A stretch of 64,000 bases of DNA from an uncultured Gammaproteobacteria bacterium (GCA_963729605.1 CAVSNY010000006.1:320001-384000), one strand, 5' to 3'; shown: positions 41,902 through 55,352, counted from the first letter of the stretch. Notes: generated by a model not told the origin, from the letters alone. Translations and numbers: made by a program.

Positions 41902-42042
41902 GTAGCGACAACCCCGCAAATAGTTGATTAAAAGACCAGAATTACAAGCCGACTGACTTAGCTTAGCATAGCCTGAATTGGGCTATTCGTCCAATTCCAT
42001 AGTCCGAGTAAGTCTATAGGCGCGCAGCCCGGATATCAAGGC

Positions 42043-43263
42043 TCAGGTGCGATACTCCGCGTTGATGCGCACATAATCATATGAAAAGTCACAGGTCCAT
42101 ACCCGTGCGGCAAATGGCCCGCGGCCAAGTTGAACCCGCACCGTGATCTCTTCGCGCGCCATCACCGCCTGACCAAGCGACTCCTGGTAAGCCGGCGCGC
42201 GGCCGCCGCCCTGCACGATACAGACCTCATTCAAATAAATATTGATGCGGCCCACGTCCAAACCGGCCACCCCGGCCCGGCCTACCGCCGCCAATATCCG
42301 CCCCCAGTTGGGGTCGCTGGCGAAAAACGCGGTCTTCACCAGGGGGGAATGGGCGATGGCGTAAGCCACTTGCCGGCATTCCTCTGCATCGGCGCCCCCC
42401 TCGATTTCCACAGTCATGAACTTGGTCGCCCCCTCGCCGTCACGCACGATGGCTTGCGCGAGGGTGGCGCAGACTTCACTTACCGCCAGCGCGAATGCGG
42501 CATAGGCCGCGTCCTGCTCCGAAACCAACGACGGCAAGCCGCTGCGCCCGGTGGCGATCAGCACGCAGGCATCGTTGGTGGAGGTGTCGCCGTCGATGGT
42601 GATGGCATTGAAGGAGGTCTCGACCGCCGCCTGCAAACAGCGCTGCAATAAGCCCGGTTCCACCGCCGCGTCGGTGGCGATGAAACTCAGCATGGTGGCC
42701 ATATCGGGGCGGATCATGCCCGCGCCCTTCGCAATGCCGGTGATGGTCACCGTCTGCCCGTTGATTTCCAAGCGGCGGGAAACACCTTTGGGTACCGTAT
42801 CGGTGGTCATGATGCCATGCGCCGCGTCGGCCCAGTTTTCGGCGTTTAAATCCGCGAACGCGGCAGGCAAGGCCGCGGTAATCTTGTCCGCCGGCAAGGG
42901 CTCGCCGATCACCCCGGTGGAAAACGGCAACACCTCGGCGGCGTTCACCCCCGTTAGGTGGGCCATGGCCTCGCAGCAGGCAATCGCGTCGCGCAGACCT
43001 TGCTCACCGGTGCCGGCGTTGGCGTTGCCGGTGTTGATCAGCAAATAACGCGGAGTACTCGCGGCGAGATGGCGCTTGGCCACCAGCACCGGCGCGGCGC
43101 AAAAGGCATTGCGGGTGAAGACCGCGGCGCAGTGCGCGCCGGCCGGCACGTCGATGAGCACGATGTCGCGCCGCCCCGGCTTTTTGATACCCGCCGAGGC
43201 GATGCCCAGCTGCAAGCCCGGCACCGGGTGGAGCACGGGCAATCCTGTCAATCCGACGGCCAT
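42043..43263 (-). CDS. argJ: Bifunctional ornithine acetyltransferase
   Basis: [65 protein letters not shown]. Confidence 0.97.
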   Translation of the reverse strand: MAVGLTGLPVLHPVPGLQLGIASAGIKKPGRRDIVLIDVPAGAHCAAVFTRNAFCAAPVLVAKRHLAASTPRYLLINTGNANAGTGEQGLRDAIACCEAMAHLTGVNAAEVLPFSTGVIGEPLPADKITAALPAAFADLNAENWADAAHGIMTTDTVPKGVSRRLEINGQTVTITGIAKGAGMIRPDMATMLSFIATDAAVEPGLLQRCLQAAVETSFNAITIDGDTSTNDACVLIATGRSGLPSLVSEQDAAYAAFALAVSEVCATLAQAIVRDGEGATKFMTVEIEGGADAEECRQVAYAIAHSPLVKTAFFASDPNWGRILAAVGRAGVAGLDVGRINIYLNEVCIVQGGGRAPAYQESLGQAVMAREEITVRVQLGRGPFAARVWTCDFSYDYVRINAEYRT

Positions 43264-43309
43264 GACCTGACTTCTCTAACTCAAATTTAAACTAAACGAC
43301 GGCGGCGCA

Positions 43310-46024
43310 TCACGACACTTGGCCGTGGCACTGCTTATATTTTTTGCCCGAGCCGCAAGGACAAGGCTCGTTGCGACCGACCTTGCGGCCCTCGCGCACG
43401 AAAGGCGTATGGGACTCTTCGTCACCGGCAACGCCGGCCCCTTCCGCGCCTCCCACCGCCATGGCCGGCACCTGGGCATGTTCGAACCGCATGGGCACTT
43501 GGGCGCGGCGCTGTTCTTCCACCGCCTGCACGTCTTCTTCGGCGCGCACCTTGACCCGGGTGAGAATGCTGATCACCTCGTGTTTAATTTTGTCCAGCAA
43601 TTGGGCGAACATCCCAAACGCATCGCGCTTGTATTCCTGAATCGGATTCTTCTGCGCATAACCGCGCAGATGAATGCCCTGCCGCAGGTGATCCATGGCG
43701 GCGAGATGGTCTTTCCACATCGCGTCGAGCACCTGCAGCATCACCGCTTTTTCGAAATGCCGCATCACGCCGGCGCCGGCATAGGCCTCTTTCTCGGCAT
43801 AAACCTGCTCCGCCGCGTCCAAGATACGCTGGCGCAAGGTCTCTTCATGCAGGTCATGGTCTTCTTCCAGCCACGTCGATATTTTCAACTGCATGCCGAA
43901 TTGTTCCAAGGCCTCTTCCAGACCCGCCACGTCCCATTGTTCTTCCAAACTCTGCGGCGGAATATAGGTATTGATGAGGCCGTTGATCACATCAGCACGA
44001 ATGGCCTGAATGGTGTCGGAGACGTCCTCCGAGACCATGATCTCGTTGCGCTGCTCATAGATCACCTTGCGCTGGTCGTTGGCCACGTCGTCATAATCGA
44101 GCAATTGTTTGCGGATGTCGAAGTTATGGCCTTCCACTTTGCGCTGGGCATTTTCGATGGCGCGGCTCACCCATGGGTGTTCGATGGCCTCACCCGCCTG
44201 CATGCCGAGTTTTTGCATCAACCCCTTCACCTTGTCGGAGGCGAAGATGCGCATGAGATTGTCTTCCAGCGACAAGTAAAAACGCGTGGAACCCGCGTCA
44301 CCCTGCCGGCCCGAACGGCCGCGCAGCTGATTGTCGACCCGCCGCGATTCGTGGCGCTCGGTGCCGATCACGTGCAAGCCGCCGGAGGCCAGCACTTCAT
44401 CATGACGGCGCTGCCACTCTTCCTTCACCTGCCGCACCGCTTCGTCGGCCGGGCTCGCACCCAAGACGGCGATATCCGCCTCGAGACTGCCGCCCAACAC
44501 GATATCGGTGCCGCGGCCGGCCATATTGGTGGCGATGGTCACGCCGCCGGGACGGCCGGCCTCGGCGACGATCTGCGCCTCGCGCTCGTGCTGCTTGGCA
44601 TTGAGCACCTGGTGTTTGATGCCGTCTTTTTCCAGCAAACGCGACAGATATTCCGAAGTCTCGATGGACGTGGTGCCCACCAGCACCGGCTGGCCACGCT
44701 CATTACACGCCTTGATATCCTCGATGATCGCATCGAACTTTTCTTTCGCCGACAAATAGACCAGATCACCATGGTCCTTACGGAGCATGGGACGATGGGT
44801 GGGAATCACCACCACTTCCAAGCTATAGATCTGCTGAAACTCGAAGGCTTCGGTATCGGCGGTACCGGTCATACCGGCCAGCTTTTTGTATAAACGAAAA
44901 TAATTCTGGAAGGTGATGGAGGCGAGGGTTTGATTCTCGTTCTGTATCGGCACGCCCTCTTTGGCTTCCACCGCCTGGTGCAAACCTTCTGACCAGCGCC
45001 GGCCGGGCAAGGTACGGCCGGTGAACTCATCAACGATGACGATTTGCTTGTCCTTCACGATGTATTCGACGTCGCGGTGGTACAGCGAATGGGCGCGCAA
45101 ACCGGCGTTGAGATGATGCATCAAACTGATATTGGCCGCGTCGTAGAGGCTGGCGCCCTCTTCGAGCAAACCGGCCTCCGCCAGCAGCTCTTCCACATGC
45201 TGGTGACCTTCTTCGGTGAGAAAGACCTGGCGGGTCTTTTCATCCACCGAGAAATCGCCGGGCTGCCCTTCCCCTTCCTGCTTGGTCAGCTTGGGGATGA
45301 GTTTGTTGATTTTGATGTAGAGCTCCGAGCTGTCATCGCTCGGCCCCGAGATGATGAGCGGCGTGCGCGCCTCGTCGATCAGGATTGAATCCACCTCGTC
45401 GACCACCGCGAAGTGGGTACCGCGCTGCACCCGGTCCGCCACGCTGAAGGCCATGTTGTCGCGCAGATAGTCGAAGCCGTATTCGTTGTTGGTGCCGTAG
45501 GTGATGTCGCAGGCGTAGGCCGCGCGTTTTTCCTCGGTGCTCTGGCCCGAGACTATGACGCCGGTGGTCATGCCGAGAAAGCCGTAGAGGCGCCCCATCC
45601 AATCCGCGTCGCGGCGCGCCAGATAATCGTTCACCGTCACCACGTGCACGCCGTTGCCGGCCAGCGCGTTGAGGTATACGGGCAAGGTCGCCACCAAGGT
45701 TTTACCTTCGCCGGTCCGCATCTCGGCGATCTTGCCTTGATGCAGCACCATGCCGCCGATCAGCTGCACGTCGAAGTGGCGCATGCCCAGCGCGCGTTTG
45801 CCGGCCTCGCGGGTCACCGCGAAGGCCTCCGGCAGCAGGCTGTCGAGGGTCGCGCCCTCCGCCAGGCGCCGGCGAAATTCCTCGGTCTTAGCCCGCAGCG
45901 CCTCGTCGGAAAGCTTTTCCAACGCGGGCTCCAGGCCGTTAATGCTGTGCACGGCCGCATGCATGCGCTTCAACAAACGCTCATTACGGCTACCAAAAAC
46001 CTTGTTCAACAATTTTGAAATCAT
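43310..46024 (-). CDS. secA: Preprotein translocase ATPase
   Basis: [39 protein letters not shown]-terminal [13 protein letters not shown]. Confidence 0.98.
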   Translation of the reverse strand: MISKLLNKVFGSRNERLLKRMHAAVHSINGLEPALEKLSDEALRAKTEEFRRRLAEGATLDSLLPEAFAVTREAGKRALGMRHFDVQLIGGMVLHQGKIAEMRTGEGKTLVATLPVYLNALAGNGVHVVTVNDYLARRDADWMGRLYGFLGMTTGVIVSGQSTEEKRAAYACDITYGTNNEYGFDYLRDNMAFSVADRVQRGTHFAVVDEVDSILIDEARTPLIISGPSDDSSELYIKINKLIPKLTKQEGEGQPGDFSVDEKTRQVFLTEEGHQHVEELLAEAGLLEEGASLYDAANISLMHHLNAGLRAHSLYHRDVEYIVKDKQIVIVDEFTGRTLPGRRWSEGLHQAVEAKEGVPIQNENQTLASITFQNYFRLYKKLAGMTGTADTEAFEFQQIYSLEVVVIPTHRPMLRKDHGDLVYLSAKEKFDAIIEDIKACNERGQPVLVGTTSIETSEYLSRLLEKDGIKHQVLNAKQHEREAQIVAEAGRPGGVTIATNMAGRGTDIVLGGSLEADIAVLGASPADEAVRQVKEEWQRRHDEVLASGGLHVIGTERHESRRVDNQLRGRSGRQGDAGSTRFYLSLEDNLMRIFASDKVKGLMQKLGMQAGEAIEHPWVSRAIENAQRKVEGHNFDIRKQLLDYDDVANDQRKVIYEQRNEIMVSEDVSDTIQAIRADVINGLINTYIPPQSLEEQWDVAGLEEALEQFGMQLKISTWLEEDHDLHEETLRQRILDAAEQVYAEKEAYAGAGVMRHFEKAVMLQVLDAMWKDHLAAMDHLRQGIHLRGYAQKNPIQEYKRDAFGMFAQLLDKIKHEVISILTRVKVRAEEDVQAVEEQRRAQVPMRFEHAQVPAMAVGGAEGAGVAGDEESHTPFVREGRKVGRNEPCPCGSGKKYKQCHGQVS

Positions 46025-46089
46025 GCGAATTCTTTGAAGGCGGGGTTGAAACCAACTTTATTGTAGCGCGGGTACGCCGCGTGCGGCCA

Positions 46090-47016
46090 CTAACGGGCGT
46101 CGCTGAGATATTTTATAGGATTGACGACCTTGCCGTTGCGCAGCACTTCGAAGTGGAGATGCGGGCCGGTGGAGCGCCCCGTCGAACCCATTAACGCCAG
46201 CACTTGGCCCTTATTCACCTTATCTCCCTCCTTGACCAGATTCACTTGATTATGTCCGTAACGGGTGATGTAGCCGTTACCGTGATTGACCTCGACCAGA
46301 TTGCCGTAACCGGCGCGCGCACCGGAGAAAATCACCACCCCCGATCCCACCACTTCGATGGGCGCACCCTGTTTGCCGGCGATGTCTATTCCGGCGTGAT
46401 GGACGCGGCGACCGGTGAACGGATCGGAACGAATTCCGAAATAAGACGACACCCAGCCGTCTTCCACCGGCCGGCCGGCCGGCAATACCGAGTCCATCAA
46501 ATTGCGATTCATCAGCAAGGATTCCAGCACGCTGAACTGCTGAGCGCGATTTTCCAGTTGCCTGTCGAGCGCGTCCACCGATTCCTGCAGGCCGGGCAGC
46601 TTGACGGCGGGGGGCTCAAACGCCAGCGGAATTTCCGGGCCGCCTTGCGCGGGGGGATTCTCGAAATTGAACTCGCCGTTATCCAAACCGGCCATATCGA
46701 CCAGACGGCGGCCCACGGCGTCCAGCCGGATGACATGGGCCTGCAAACTGCCCAAGCGGGCCACCAGGGCATTGAGGTGTTCCCGCATCTCGCGGGTGAT
46801 TTGATTGCCGGCCTGACCACCCTCGACCACCCCGGTCTCCGACAGGTCGGCGAGGACCTCGCTGCGGCCTTGTTGGGCGCCCCAATAGAATCCCAGGCCG
46901 GCGGCGAGGGCGACCGGCATGATCAGCACGGCCGCCACCGCCAAGGCGCGCGCCCGGCTCAGGTGAATTTTCACCGGGCGTTGCATATTCTTAACGAGTA
47001 AAATGATATTCAGCAT
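46090..47016 (-). CDS. M23 family metallopeptidase
   Basis: HAGID, YGHN, STGPHLHFEV; N-terminal TM plus coiled coil; upstream of secA. Confidence 0.92.
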   Translation of the reverse strand: MLNIILLVKNMQRPVKIHLSRARALAVAAVLIMPVALAAGLGFYWGAQQGRSEVLADLSETGVVEGGQAGNQITREMREHLNALVARLGSLQAHVIRLDAVGRRLVDMAGLDNGEFNFENPPAQGGPEIPLAFEPPAVKLPGLQESVDALDRQLENRAQQFSVLESLLMNRNLMDSVLPAGRPVEDGWVSSYFGIRSDPFTGRRVHHAGIDIAGKQGAPIEVVGSGVVIFSGARAGYGNLVEVNHGNGYITRYGHNQVNLVKEGDKVNKGQVLALMGSTGRSTGPHLHFEVLRNGKVVNPIKYLSDAR

Positions 47017-47071
47017 GTGGACTGTGCGTTCATCTCACCGTTGCGGATCATTCTTAACGTTTAGGGAAACC

Positions 47072-47539
47072 GTGAATCATCCTAAATCCAAATCGCTGAC
47101 CAAGTGGCTGCATACCCCGTCGGACCAACTCAGCCCCCTGCTCGCCCAGGTGCGGTTGCTGCACCGGATCACCGGTGCCTTGCGCGGCCTCTTGGGCAAT
47201 CCGCTGGCGGAACACTGCCAAGCGGCCAATCTCGACGGCACCACTTTGGTGATCAGCACCGACTCGCCGGCCTGGGCGGCCAAATTGCGCTATCAGCTCA
47301 CGTCCTTGTTGGCGCAATTGCAGACCCGGGACGACTTACCACCCATCGAGCAGATCCGTATCCGGGTTCAGCCGGCCAACCCGCCCCGCCCGGCCCCCGC
47401 CGCGCGGCGCCTGGCCATTTCCTCCGAGACCGCGGCGGTCATCCGCCACGTGGCGGATCATACCACCGATCCCCAACTTCAGGCGGCCCTCCGCCGGCTG
47501 GCGCGGCACGCCGTCAAATCGCGGCCCGAAGAACGTTAG
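47072..47539 (+). CDS. DUF721 / DciA-like protein
   Basis: HCQAANL...LVISTDSPAWAAKLRYQ...IRIRV; usual position between lpxC and the M23 gene. Confidence 0.82.
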   Translation: MNHPKSKSLTKWLHTPSDQLSPLLAQVRLLHRITGALRGLLGNPLAEHCQAANLDGTTLVISTDSPAWAAKLRYQLTSLLAQLQTRDDLPPIEQIRIRVQPANPPRPAPAARRLAISSETAAVIRHVADHTTDPQLQAALRRLARHAVKSRPEER

Positions 47540-47648
47540 GCCGCCTAGGCTTAAGAACTATCGAGACCACCGGCAATTTACTTTATCGCCGGCGGTAAAG
47601 TCTGTGGAATGTATCCCAATTCAAAAGGAGCGGGCGAACGCCGCGTCC

Positions 47649-48563
47649 TCAGCTGGCGGACATCGGCTGCATGAACGAAATCGGCGCCCGGCTGCTGTCT
47701 TCTTCGAAGGTCACCAGCTCCCACGCGGTCTCGTCGGCCATCAGCTCCCGCAGCAGGCGATTATTCAACGCATGGCCGGATTTGTAACCGCTGAAGGCGC
47801 CGATCAGACTGCGGCCGAGCAGGTACAAGTCGCCGATGGCGTCCAGCACCTTGTGTTTGACGAACTCGTCATCGTAACGCAGACCGTCTTCGTTCAATAC
47901 ACGGTAATCATCCACCACCACCGCGTTGTCGAGACTGCCGCCCAGGGCCAGATGCTTCTCGCGCAACAACTCGATGTCCCGCGCGAAGCCGAAGGTCCGC
48001 GCCCGGCTCACTTCCTTGACGAAGGAGGTGGTCGAAAAATCCATCACCGCTTCTTGGCTGCGGCTTTTGAATACCGGGTGATTGAAGTCGATGGCGAAGG
48101 ACACCTTGAAGCCTTCGAAGGGCTCGAAGCGGGCCCACTTGTCGCCGTCCGCCACTTGGATGGGCTTTTTGATGCGGATAAACCGCTTGGGCGCATTCTG
48201 TTCTTCCACGCCCGCGGACTGGATCAAAAATACGAAGGGCCCGGCACTGCCGTCCATGATCGGCACCTCGGGGGCGCTGAGGTCCACATAGGCGTTATCG
48301 ATACCCAGACCGGCGAAGGCGGAGAGCAGATGCTCCACCGTGGCGATGCGCACTTCGCCGTTCACCAAGGAGGTGGACAAGGTGGTCTCGCCGACGTTTT
48401 CCGCACGGGCACGGATCTCCACCGGCGGATCGAGGTCCACGCGGCGAAAGGTGATGCCGGAATCCACCGCCGCCGGACGCAAGGTCAGATAGACCTTTTC
48501 CCCGCTGTGGAGGCCGACACCCGTCGCGCGTATGACATTTTTCAGCGTTCTTTGCCTAATCAT
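47649..48563 (-). CDS. lpxC: UDP-3-O-acyl-N-acetylglucosamine deacetylase
   Basis: [40 protein letters not shown]. Confidence 0.98.
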   Translation of the reverse strand: MIRQRTLKNVIRATGVGLHSGEKVYLTLRPAAVDSGITFRRVDLDPPVEIRARAENVGETTLSTSLVNGEVRIATVEHLLSAFAGLGIDNAYVDLSAPEVPIMDGSAGPFVFLIQSAGVEEQNAPKRFIRIKKPIQVADGDKWARFEPFEGFKVSFAIDFNHPVFKSRSQEAVMDFSTTSFVKEVSRARTFGFARDIELLREKHLALGGSLDNAVVVDDYRVLNEDGLRYDDEFVKHKVLDAIGDLYLLGRSLIGAFSGYKSGHALNNRLLRELMADETAWELVTFEEDSSRAPISFMQPMSAS

Positions 48564-48710
48564 CCTAGCTTCACCTATCCCCATTTCCGACTGAATAAAT
48601 AAATGGGCGCCAAATCCCGAGTTTGGCGGCATGTTAGCACAGCGCCTGACTGAATGCCTAGCACAATCCCGGACGGCCGTCGAGGGCGGCCGTCCGGGAT
48701 TTGCCCTCTC

Positions 48711-49862
48711 TCAATCGGCCTGGCGACGCAGAAAGGCCGGGATGTCCAGATAATCCAAATCCTGTTCCGCCGCCGCGCCGTGCCGGCCGCCGCCGGCCGC
48801 CACATTTTGATGACGGATCACGGTGGGCCGTTCGAGCTGACCGTAATCCACCTCGCCGCTGTTGTTTTTGAAGGCGAGCTTGACCGGCTGCTCCTGGATT
48901 TGCTCACCGCGGCCCAAGCCGGTGGCCACCACCGTCACCCGCAGCTCGTCCGACATCTGGGGATCGATGACGGTACCCACCACCACCGTGGCATTGTCCG
49001 AGGCGAACTCTTTAATAGTGTTGCCCACCTCTTCGAACTCGCCGATCGCCATATCCAAGCCGGCGGTTACGTTGACCAGGATGCCTTTGGCGCCCAGCAG
49101 ATTGATGTCTTCCAAGAGCGGGCTGTTCACCGCCGCCTCGGCCGCCTTGCGGGCGCGGTCCGGGCCGGTGGCGCGGCCGGAGCCCATCATCGCCATACCC
49201 ATTTCGCTCATCACGGTGCGCACGTCGGCGAAGTCCACGTTGATCAAACCCGGCCGGGTGATCAACTCGGCGATACCCTGCACCGCGCCCTGCAAGACGT
49301 TGTTGGCCGCCTTGAAGGCGTCCAGCAAGGTCACCGTCTTGCCCAGTACCAAGAGGAGTTTTTCATTGGGGATGGTGATCAAGGAGTCCACATACTGCGA
49401 CAATTCCTTGATACCCTGCTCGGCCACCTGCGTCCGCTTCTTGCCTTCGAAGGGAAAGGGCTTGGTCACCACCGCGACGGTGAGGATACCCAATTCCCTG
49501 GCCGCCTGCGCCACGATGGGCGCGCCGCCGGTGCCGGTGCCGCCGCCCATGCCGGCCGTGATGAACAACATGTCGGCGCCCTGAATCACTTCCAAAATGC
49601 GGTCGCGGTCTTCCATCGCCGCTTGGCGGCCCACGTCCGGGTTGGCGCCCGCGCCGAGACCCTTGGTGATGCTCGCCCCCAGTTGCAGCACGGTGCGCGT
49701 CGAGCAATTCTTCAAGGCCTGCGCATCGGTGTTGGCGCAGACGAATTCCACGCCCTCGATGTTGCCCTTCACCATGTGTTCCACCGCGTTGCCGCCGCCA
49801 CCGCCCACGCCGATCACTTTGATCACGGCGTTTTGCGGACAGGTATCCATCAATTCAAACAT
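48711..49862 (-). CDS. ftsZ: Cell division protein FtsZ
   Basis: GVGGGGGNAV, GMGGGTGTG, NVDFAD, LDIPAFLRRQAD. Confidence 0.99.
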   Translation of the reverse strand: MFELMDTCPQNAVIKVIGVGGGGGNAVEHMVKGNIEGVEFVCANTDAQALKNCSTRTVLQLGASITKGLGAGANPDVGRQAAMEDRDRILEVIQGADMLFITAGMGGGTGTGGAPIVAQAARELGILTVAVVTKPFPFEGKKRTQVAEQGIKELSQYVDSLITIPNEKLLLVLGKTVTLLDAFKAANNVLQGAVQGIAELITRPGLINVDFADVRTVMSEMGMAMMGSGRATGPDRARKAAEAAVNSPLLEDINLLGAKGILVNVTAGLDMAIGEFEEVGNTIKEFASDNATVVVGTVIDPQMSDELRVTVVATGLGRGEQIQEQPVKLAFKNNSGEVDYGQLERPTVIRHQNVAAGGGRHGAAAEQDLDYLDIPAFLRRQAD

Positions 49863-49934
49863 AATAAACCTCCTTAGATTTTTCCAAATTCATTACCGCC
49901 CAAAATAGTTCCAGCGCCCGCCGGTCCCGCTGAT

Positions 49935-51170
49935 TCACAAACTGCCTTTAAACCAATTTTTCATCCGTCCCAATAACGATTTCATTCCGCCACTCACCTT
50001 CACGGGCGCGGCGTGGTCGCCGCGGTGTTTTTGCCCGAACAACAGCAGGCCGACGCCGGTGGAGTAAATCGGGTTGCGCACCACGTCCACCAGACCGGTG
50101 ACATGTTGCGGAGAACCCAGGCGCACCGGCGCGTGGAAGATTTCCTCCGCGAGTTCGATCACGCCTTCCATCTTGGAACTGCCGCCGGTCAGCACCACGC
50201 CCGCCGCGATCAAATCCTCGAAACCGCTGCGGCGCAGCTCGGCCTGCACCAGGCTCAGCAATTCCTCGTAACGCGGCTCGACTACTTCCGCCAAGGTCTG
50301 GCGCGCCAGACGCCGCGACGGCCGATCGCCGACGCTCGGTACTTCGATGGTCTCGTCGGCCATCGCCAATTGAGTGAGCGCGCAGGCGTATTTCAACTTG
50401 ATCTCTTCCGCGTGCTGGGTCGGCGTGCGCAGGGCCACCGCGATGTCGTTGGTGACCTGATCGCCGGCGATGGGAATCACCGCGGTGTGGCGGATCGAAC
50501 CGTCGGTGAAGATCGCGATGTCGGTGGTGCCGCCGCCGATGTCCACCAGACACACGCCGAGGTCTTTTTCATCCTCCGTGAGCACCGCGCAACTGGACGC
50601 CAATTGCTCCAGAATAATGTCGTCCACCTCCAACCCGCAGCGCCGCACGCACTTAACAATGTTCTGCGCCGCGCTCACCGCGCCGGTGACCAAGTGCACC
50701 TTCGCTTCGAGCCGCACCCCCGACATGCCGACCGGTTCTTTGATGCCTTCCTGCTTGTCGATCACGAATTCCTGCGCCAGCACGTGGAGGATTTTCTGAT
50801 CGGCGGGGATCGCCACCGCGCGCGCGGCGTCGAGCACGCGCTCGACGTCGCTGGGCGTCACTTCCTGATCGCGGATCGCGACGATGCCGTGGGAATTGAG
50901 GCTGCGGATGTGGCTGCCGGCGATGCCGGCGTACACCGAGTGGATCTGGCAGCCCGCCATCAGCTCCGCCTCTTCCACCGCGCGCTGGATCGACTGCACC
51001 GTCGATTCGATATTCACCACCACGCCTTTTTTCAAACCGCGCGAAGGATGCGAACCCAGCCCCACCACGTTGATCGCGCCGTCGGGCCGCACCTCGCCGA
51101 CGATCGCCACCACCTTGGAGGTGCCGATATCCAGACCCACGATCAAATCCTTATCGCCTTTTTTCACCAT
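49935..51170 (-). CDS. ftsA: Cell division protein FtsA
   Basis: GLDIGTSK, GMSGVRLE, DIGGGTTD, C-terminal amphipathic helix. Confidence 0.98.
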   Translation of the reverse strand: MVKKGDKDLIVGLDIGTSKVVAIVGEVRPDGAINVVGLGSHPSRGLKKGVVVNIESTVQSIQRAVEEAELMAGCQIHSVYAGIAGSHIRSLNSHGIVAIRDQEVTPSDVERVLDAARAVAIPADQKILHVLAQEFVIDKQEGIKEPVGMSGVRLEAKVHLVTGAVSAAQNIVKCVRRCGLEVDDIILEQLASSCAVLTEDEKDLGVCLVDIGGGTTDIAIFTDGSIRHTAVIPIAGDQVTNDIAVALRTPTQHAEEIKLKYACALTQLAMADETIEVPSVGDRPSRRLARQTLAEVVEPRYEELLSLVQAELRRSGFEDLIAAGVVLTGGSSKMEGVIELAEEIFHAPVRLGSPQHVTGLVDVVRNPIYSTGVGLLLFGQKHRGDHAAPVKVSGGMKSLLGRMKNWFKGSL

Positions 51171-51200
51171 CTCGCTCGTCTCTCCCGGCGTGTTGTTATC

Positions 51201-52052
51201 TCAGGCATCCTGCTTGCCTTTATCCGTGCGCTTCCAGCGCACCGCGAACCCGTTGCTGTAACGCAAATCCACCCGCTCCACCGCCGCCTCCTGCCCGTAC
51301 AGGGCGCGATGGTAAAAACGCACGAAACGCAGCAGGCGGCCGTAGGGCTCGCCGCGCCCCAGCACCACTTGCATGCCATTGTCCAATTCGAGCTGCCAGG
51401 CGCGCCGCTCATCCAGACTCAGCCGCGCGATCCGCACCTTGAGCGGCGCGAGGATATTGCCCATGTCGCGATAGGCCGCCGCCACCTGCGGCCCCGCGCC
51501 GTCCGGGCCCTGCAAGGCGGGCAACGGCGCGGGATAACTGGCGGGCGGCGGCGTGAACACCTCGCCCGCGTCGTTCAACAAGGCCGCGTCGCCCCAGGTC
51601 GCGATGGCCGTCTGCTCGGTCACCACGATATGCAGCGCGTCGGGCCACACCCGCCGCACCTGCGCGGCGCGCACCCAGGGCAGGGCCTCCACGGCTTGTT
51701 GCACCTCGGCCACGTCCACCGTGAAAAAATTACCGGTGAGATGAGGCGCGGCCTGATCACGCACCTGGGTGGCGTCGAGGTGTTGGAATACGCCCTCGAC
51801 CTGCACCACCTTCAAAGGCAAGGTGCGCGGATCCGCCACCGTCGCCCACAACCAGCCGAACACCCCGGCCAGCACCAGACCCACCGCCATGATCATCAGA
51901 CCGCGCAACGCGCCGGCCGCACCTTGCCAGCGCGGCGTAACCGGCGCCGCCGGTCGGCGAGGCGCGGCGGCACGCGCGGGTGGCGCCGCGCGCTTCACGC
52001 CGCGGCGCCAAGGCCAGATCGCGAACCAATCGGAGCGGAGCGCGATATTCAT
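51201..52052 (-). CDS. ftsQ: Cell division protein FtsQ
   Basis: Single [30 protein letters not shown]; ATGA overlap with ddl. Confidence 0.93.
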   Translation of the reverse strand: MNIALRSDWFAIWPWRRGVKRAAPPARAAAPRRPAAPVTPRWQGAAGALRGLMIMAVGLVLAGVFGWLWATVADPRTLPLKVVQVEGVFQHLDATQVRDQAAPHLTGNFFTVDVAEVQQAVEALPWVRAAQVRRVWPDALHIVVTEQTAIATWGDAALLNDAGEVFTPPPASYPAPLPALQGPDGAGPQVAAAYRDMGNILAPLKVRIARLSLDERRAWQLELDNGMQVVLGRGEPYGRLLRFVRFYHRALYGQEAAVERVDLRYSNGFAVRWKRTDKGKQDA

Positions 52053-52987
52053 GTCTCGCAGCTCGTTTCTAAAATGCGCCATACCAAGTCATCGAAATCG
52101 ATGCCGGCCTGGCGCGCCGCCATCGGCACCAGGCTGTGATCCGTCATCCCCGGCACCGTGTTGACCTCGATCAGCCACGGCCGTCCCGCGCCGTCCACCA
52201 TGAAATCCACCCGCCCCCAGCCGCGGCAGGCCAGCGCGTCGAAGGCGCGCAGCGCCAGTGTCCGCAAGGTTTTTTCTTGCGCGGCGGGCAATCCGCAGGG
52301 ACAGAGATAACGCGTGTCGTCGGCGAAATATTTGGCTTGATAGTCGTAGAATTCGTGCGGCGTCTCGATGCGGATCACCGGCAGCGCCTCGCCGGCGAGG
52401 ATGGAACAGGTGTACTCGCCGCCAAGAATAAATTGCTCGGCCAACACGCTGTCGTCGAGCCGGCGCGCCGCCGCGATGGCCGCCGGCAATTCCGCCGCCG
52501 TCTTCACTTTGCTGATACCGAGACTCGATCCCTCATGCGCCGGCTTGATCATCATCGGCAGGCCGAGTTGCTCGATCAGCGCCGCGGGATCGCTGCGCTC
52601 ATCCACCACCGCGAAGGCCGGCACGTCCAAACCCACACTCCGCCACAGCCACTTGCTGCGCAATTTATCCATGCCCAGCGCCGAGCCCAGCACGCCGCTG
52701 CCGGTGTAGGGCAGACCCAGGGTTTCCAAAGCGCCTTGTATTACGCCGTCTTCGCCGCCGCGGCCGTGGAGGGCGATGAACACCCGGGCGAAACCGCCGT
52801 CGGCCAATCGGCGCAGCACGTCGCCGCCCGTATCGATGGCGTGGGCGTCCACCCCCCGCCGAATCAATGCCGCGTGCACGGCGTTGCCGCTCTTGAGCGA
52901 CACCTCGCGCTCGGCCGATTGACCGCCCATCAATACCGCCACTCGGCCGAAGGCCCGGGCATCGCTGATCTTCACCGCCGCGTTCAC
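52049..52987 (-). CDS. ddlB: D-alanine--D-alanine ligase
   Basis: [40 protein letters not shown]. Confidence 0.97.
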   Translation of the reverse strand: MNAAVKISDARAFGRVAVLMGGQSAEREVSLKSGNAVHAALIRRGVDAHAIDTGGDVLRRLADGGFARVFIALHGRGGEDGVIQGALETLGLPYTGSGVLGSALGMDKLRSKWLWRSVGLDVPAFAVVDERSDPAALIEQLGLPMMIKPAHEGSSLGISKVKTAAELPAAIAAARRLDDSVLAEQFILGGEYTCSILAGEALPVIRIETPHEFYDYQAKYFADDTRYLCPCGLPAAQEKTLRTLALRAFDALACRGWGRVDFMVDGAGRPWLIEVNTVPGMTDHSLVPMAARQAGIDFDDLVWRILETSCET

Positions 52988-53907
52988 GGACGCTCCTTAT
53001 CTTGATTGGTTGCCGCCACACCGACCACGCGCACCTCCGGCACCAGGCGCACGCCGTGCAGCTGTTCCACCGTCTCCGCCACGCGGCTCATCAATTGTTC
53101 GATGTCATCCGCCGTGGCCTCGCCGGTGTTGATGATGAAGTTGGCGTGTTTGGTGGACACGCAGGCGCCGCCGACGCAGGCGCCCTTCAGGCCCGCCGCC
53201 TCGATCAGCCGCGCCGCGAAATCGCCGGGTGGATTACGGAACACCGAACCGCAACTGGGCAGACCGATCGGTTGCGTCGCGTTGCGGCGTTCCAGCAATT
53301 CCTTGACGCGGGCGAGGCCGGCCTCGCCGTCGCCGCCCTGCAAGCGCAGCTCCGCCGCGACGAACCATTCATCCTCAGGCCCGCGCACATGGCGATAACC
53401 GATCTCAAAATCCTGCGGTGAACGGGGGCGGCGCACGCCGCGGCGGTCGAGGGTCTCCACCGATTTGATCAAGGACCAGGTCTCGCCGCCGAAGGCCCCG
53501 GCGTTCATCGCCAAGGCGCCGCCCAGGGTACCCGGAATGCCGGCCAGAAATTCCCCGCCCACTAAATTGAGCCGCGCGCAGTAACGCGCGATTTTATTGC
53601 AGGCCACGCCGGCGCCGGCGCGCACCGTAGTCGCGTCCACTTGCGTCAACTCATTCAAGGCCCCGGCGGTCATGATCACCGTGCCGGGCACGCCGCCGTC
53701 GCGCACCAGCAAATTGCTGCCCAGGCCCAGCCACAACAGCGGCTCGTCCGGCGGCAGTTGTTGCAGAAACAACGCGAGGTCGTCGATATCCGCCGGTTCG
53801 TAATAACGCCGCGCCGCGCCGCCCACCCGCCAGGTGTTGTGGCGGGCCAGCGGTTCGTCATGCCGCAGCGCACCGCGCAAGGAAGTGGTTTGAAGTCCGG
53901 CCATCAC
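52984..53907 (-). CDS. murB: UDP-N-acetylenolpyruvoylglucosamine reductase
   Basis: [41 protein letters not shown]. Confidence 0.97.
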   Translation of the reverse strand: MMAGLQTTSLRGALRHDEPLARHNTWRVGGAARRYYEPADIDDLALFLQQLPPDEPLLWLGLGSNLLVRDGGVPGTVIMTAGALNELTQVDATTVRAGAGVACNKIARYCARLNLVGGEFLAGIPGTLGGALAMNAGAFGGETWSLIKSVETLDRRGVRRPRSPQDFEIGYRHVRGPEDEWFVAAELRLQGGDGEAGLARVKELLERRNATQPIGLPSCGSVFRNPPGDFAARLIEAAGLKGACVGGACVSTKHANFIINTGEATADDIEQLMSRVAETVEQLHGVRLVPEVRVVGVAATNQDKERP

Positions 53908-55352
53908 GCCGCGCCCTCCGTCAATTGCGCCGGCAGCTTGGCCGCCGCCGCGCCGATGTCGCCGGCACCCAGGGTCAGCAGCACATCGCCGTCCTGCAAC
54001 ACGCCGCGCAGCGCCGCGGGCAGATTGGCGATCTCGCTCACGAACACCGGATCGACATGGCCGCGGGCGCGAATGGCGCGGCTCAAGGCGCGGCCGTCGG
54101 CGCCGGCGAGCGGCGCCTCGCCCGCGGCGTAAATCTCCAGCAACACCAGCGCGTCCACGTCGGAGAGTACGCTGGCGAAGTCCTCGAACAAATCGCGGGT
54201 GCGGCTGTAGCGGTGCGGCTGGAAGGCCACCACCAACCGCCGCGCCGGCCAGCCGGCGCGGATGGCCTGCACGGTGGCGGCGATCTCGCGCGGATGATGG
54301 CCGTAATCGTCGATCAGCAACACCTTGCCCGCGGCGGTGGCGATGTCGCCGTACAGCTGAAAACGCCGGCCGATGCCTTGAAAACCGGCCAAGGCCCGCT
54401 GGATCGCCGCGTCGTCCACGCCGAGTTCATGCGCCACCGCGATGGCGGCCAGCGCATTGAGCACGTTGTGGCGGCCGGCCATGTTGAGGGTGATCTCCAA
54501 GGCGTCGGCGCGGCCGGGGCGGGTCACCGCGAAACGGGTGGTGGTCTCGTGCTGACGGATATCGTGCGCGCGGAGATCGGCGTCGCTGGTGATGCCGTAG
54601 GTCAACACCGGGCGCGGCACCTTGAGCAATAAATCGGCGATCTCCGGATCGTCGAGGCATAACACCGCGAGCCCGTAGAAAGGCAATTGATGCAGGAATT
54701 CGATGAAGGTCTGGCGCAGCCGCGCGAAGTCGCCGCCGTAGGTACTCATGTGATCGGCGTCGATATTGGTGACCACCGCGATCACCGGCGCGAGATGCAG
54801 GAACGAGGCGTCGCTCTCGTCGGCCTCCGCCACCAGATAATCGCCGGCACCGAGCCGCGCGTTGGTGCCCGCGCTGTTGAGACGGCCGCCGATGACGAAG
54901 GTGGGATCGAGCCCGCCCTCCGCCAGCACGCTCGCCACCAGGCTGGTCGTCGTGGTCTTGCCGTGTGTGCCCGCCACCGCGATGCCGTAACGGAAGCGCA
55001 TCAGCTCCGCCAGCATCTCGGCGCGCCGCACCACCGGGATACGCTGGGCGTGCGCCGCCGCCACTTCGGGGTTGGCCGGATCGACGGCGCTGGAGACCAC
55101 GACGACATCGGCCCCCGTCACCCATTCACCGCGGTGGCCGATGTGTATCTTCGCCCCCAAACCGCTCAGGCGCCGGGTAAGTGCATTTTCTTTGAGATCG
55201 GAACCGGAGACGTGATAACCGAGATTGCACAAGACCTCGGCGATGCCGCCCATGCCCACCCCGCCGATGCCGACGAAGTGGATGTGCGAGATACGGCGCA
55301 TGCGTTCGCGCGCCAATATCTTGCCGTCGCGATAGATCGGCTGCTCAGCCAT
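53904..55352 (-). CDS. murC: UDP-N-acetylmuramate--L-alanine ligase
   Basis: [45 protein letters not shown]. Confidence 0.97.
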   Translation of the reverse strand: MAEQPIYRDGKILARERMRRISHIHFVGIGGVGMGGIAEVLCNLGYHVSGSDLKENALTRRLSGLGAKIHIGHRGEWVTGADVVVVSSAVDPANPEVAAAHAQRIPVVRRAEMLAELMRFRYGIAVAGTHGKTTTTSLVASVLAEGGLDPTFVIGGRLNSAGTNARLGAGDYLVAEADESDASFLHLAPVIAVVTNIDADHMSTYGGDFARLRQTFIEFLHQLPFYGLAVLCLDDPEIADLLLKVPRPVLTYGITSDADLRAHDIRQHETTTRFAVTRPGRADALEITLNMAGRHNVLNALAAIAVAHELGVDDAAIQRALAGFQGIGRRFQLYGDIATAAGKVLLIDDYGHHPREIAATVQAIRAGWPARRLVVAFQPHRYSRTRDLFEDFASVLSDVDALVLLEIYAAGEAPLAGADGRALSRAIRARGHVDPVFVSEIANLPAALRGVLQDGDVLLTLGAGDIGAAAAKLPAQLTEGAA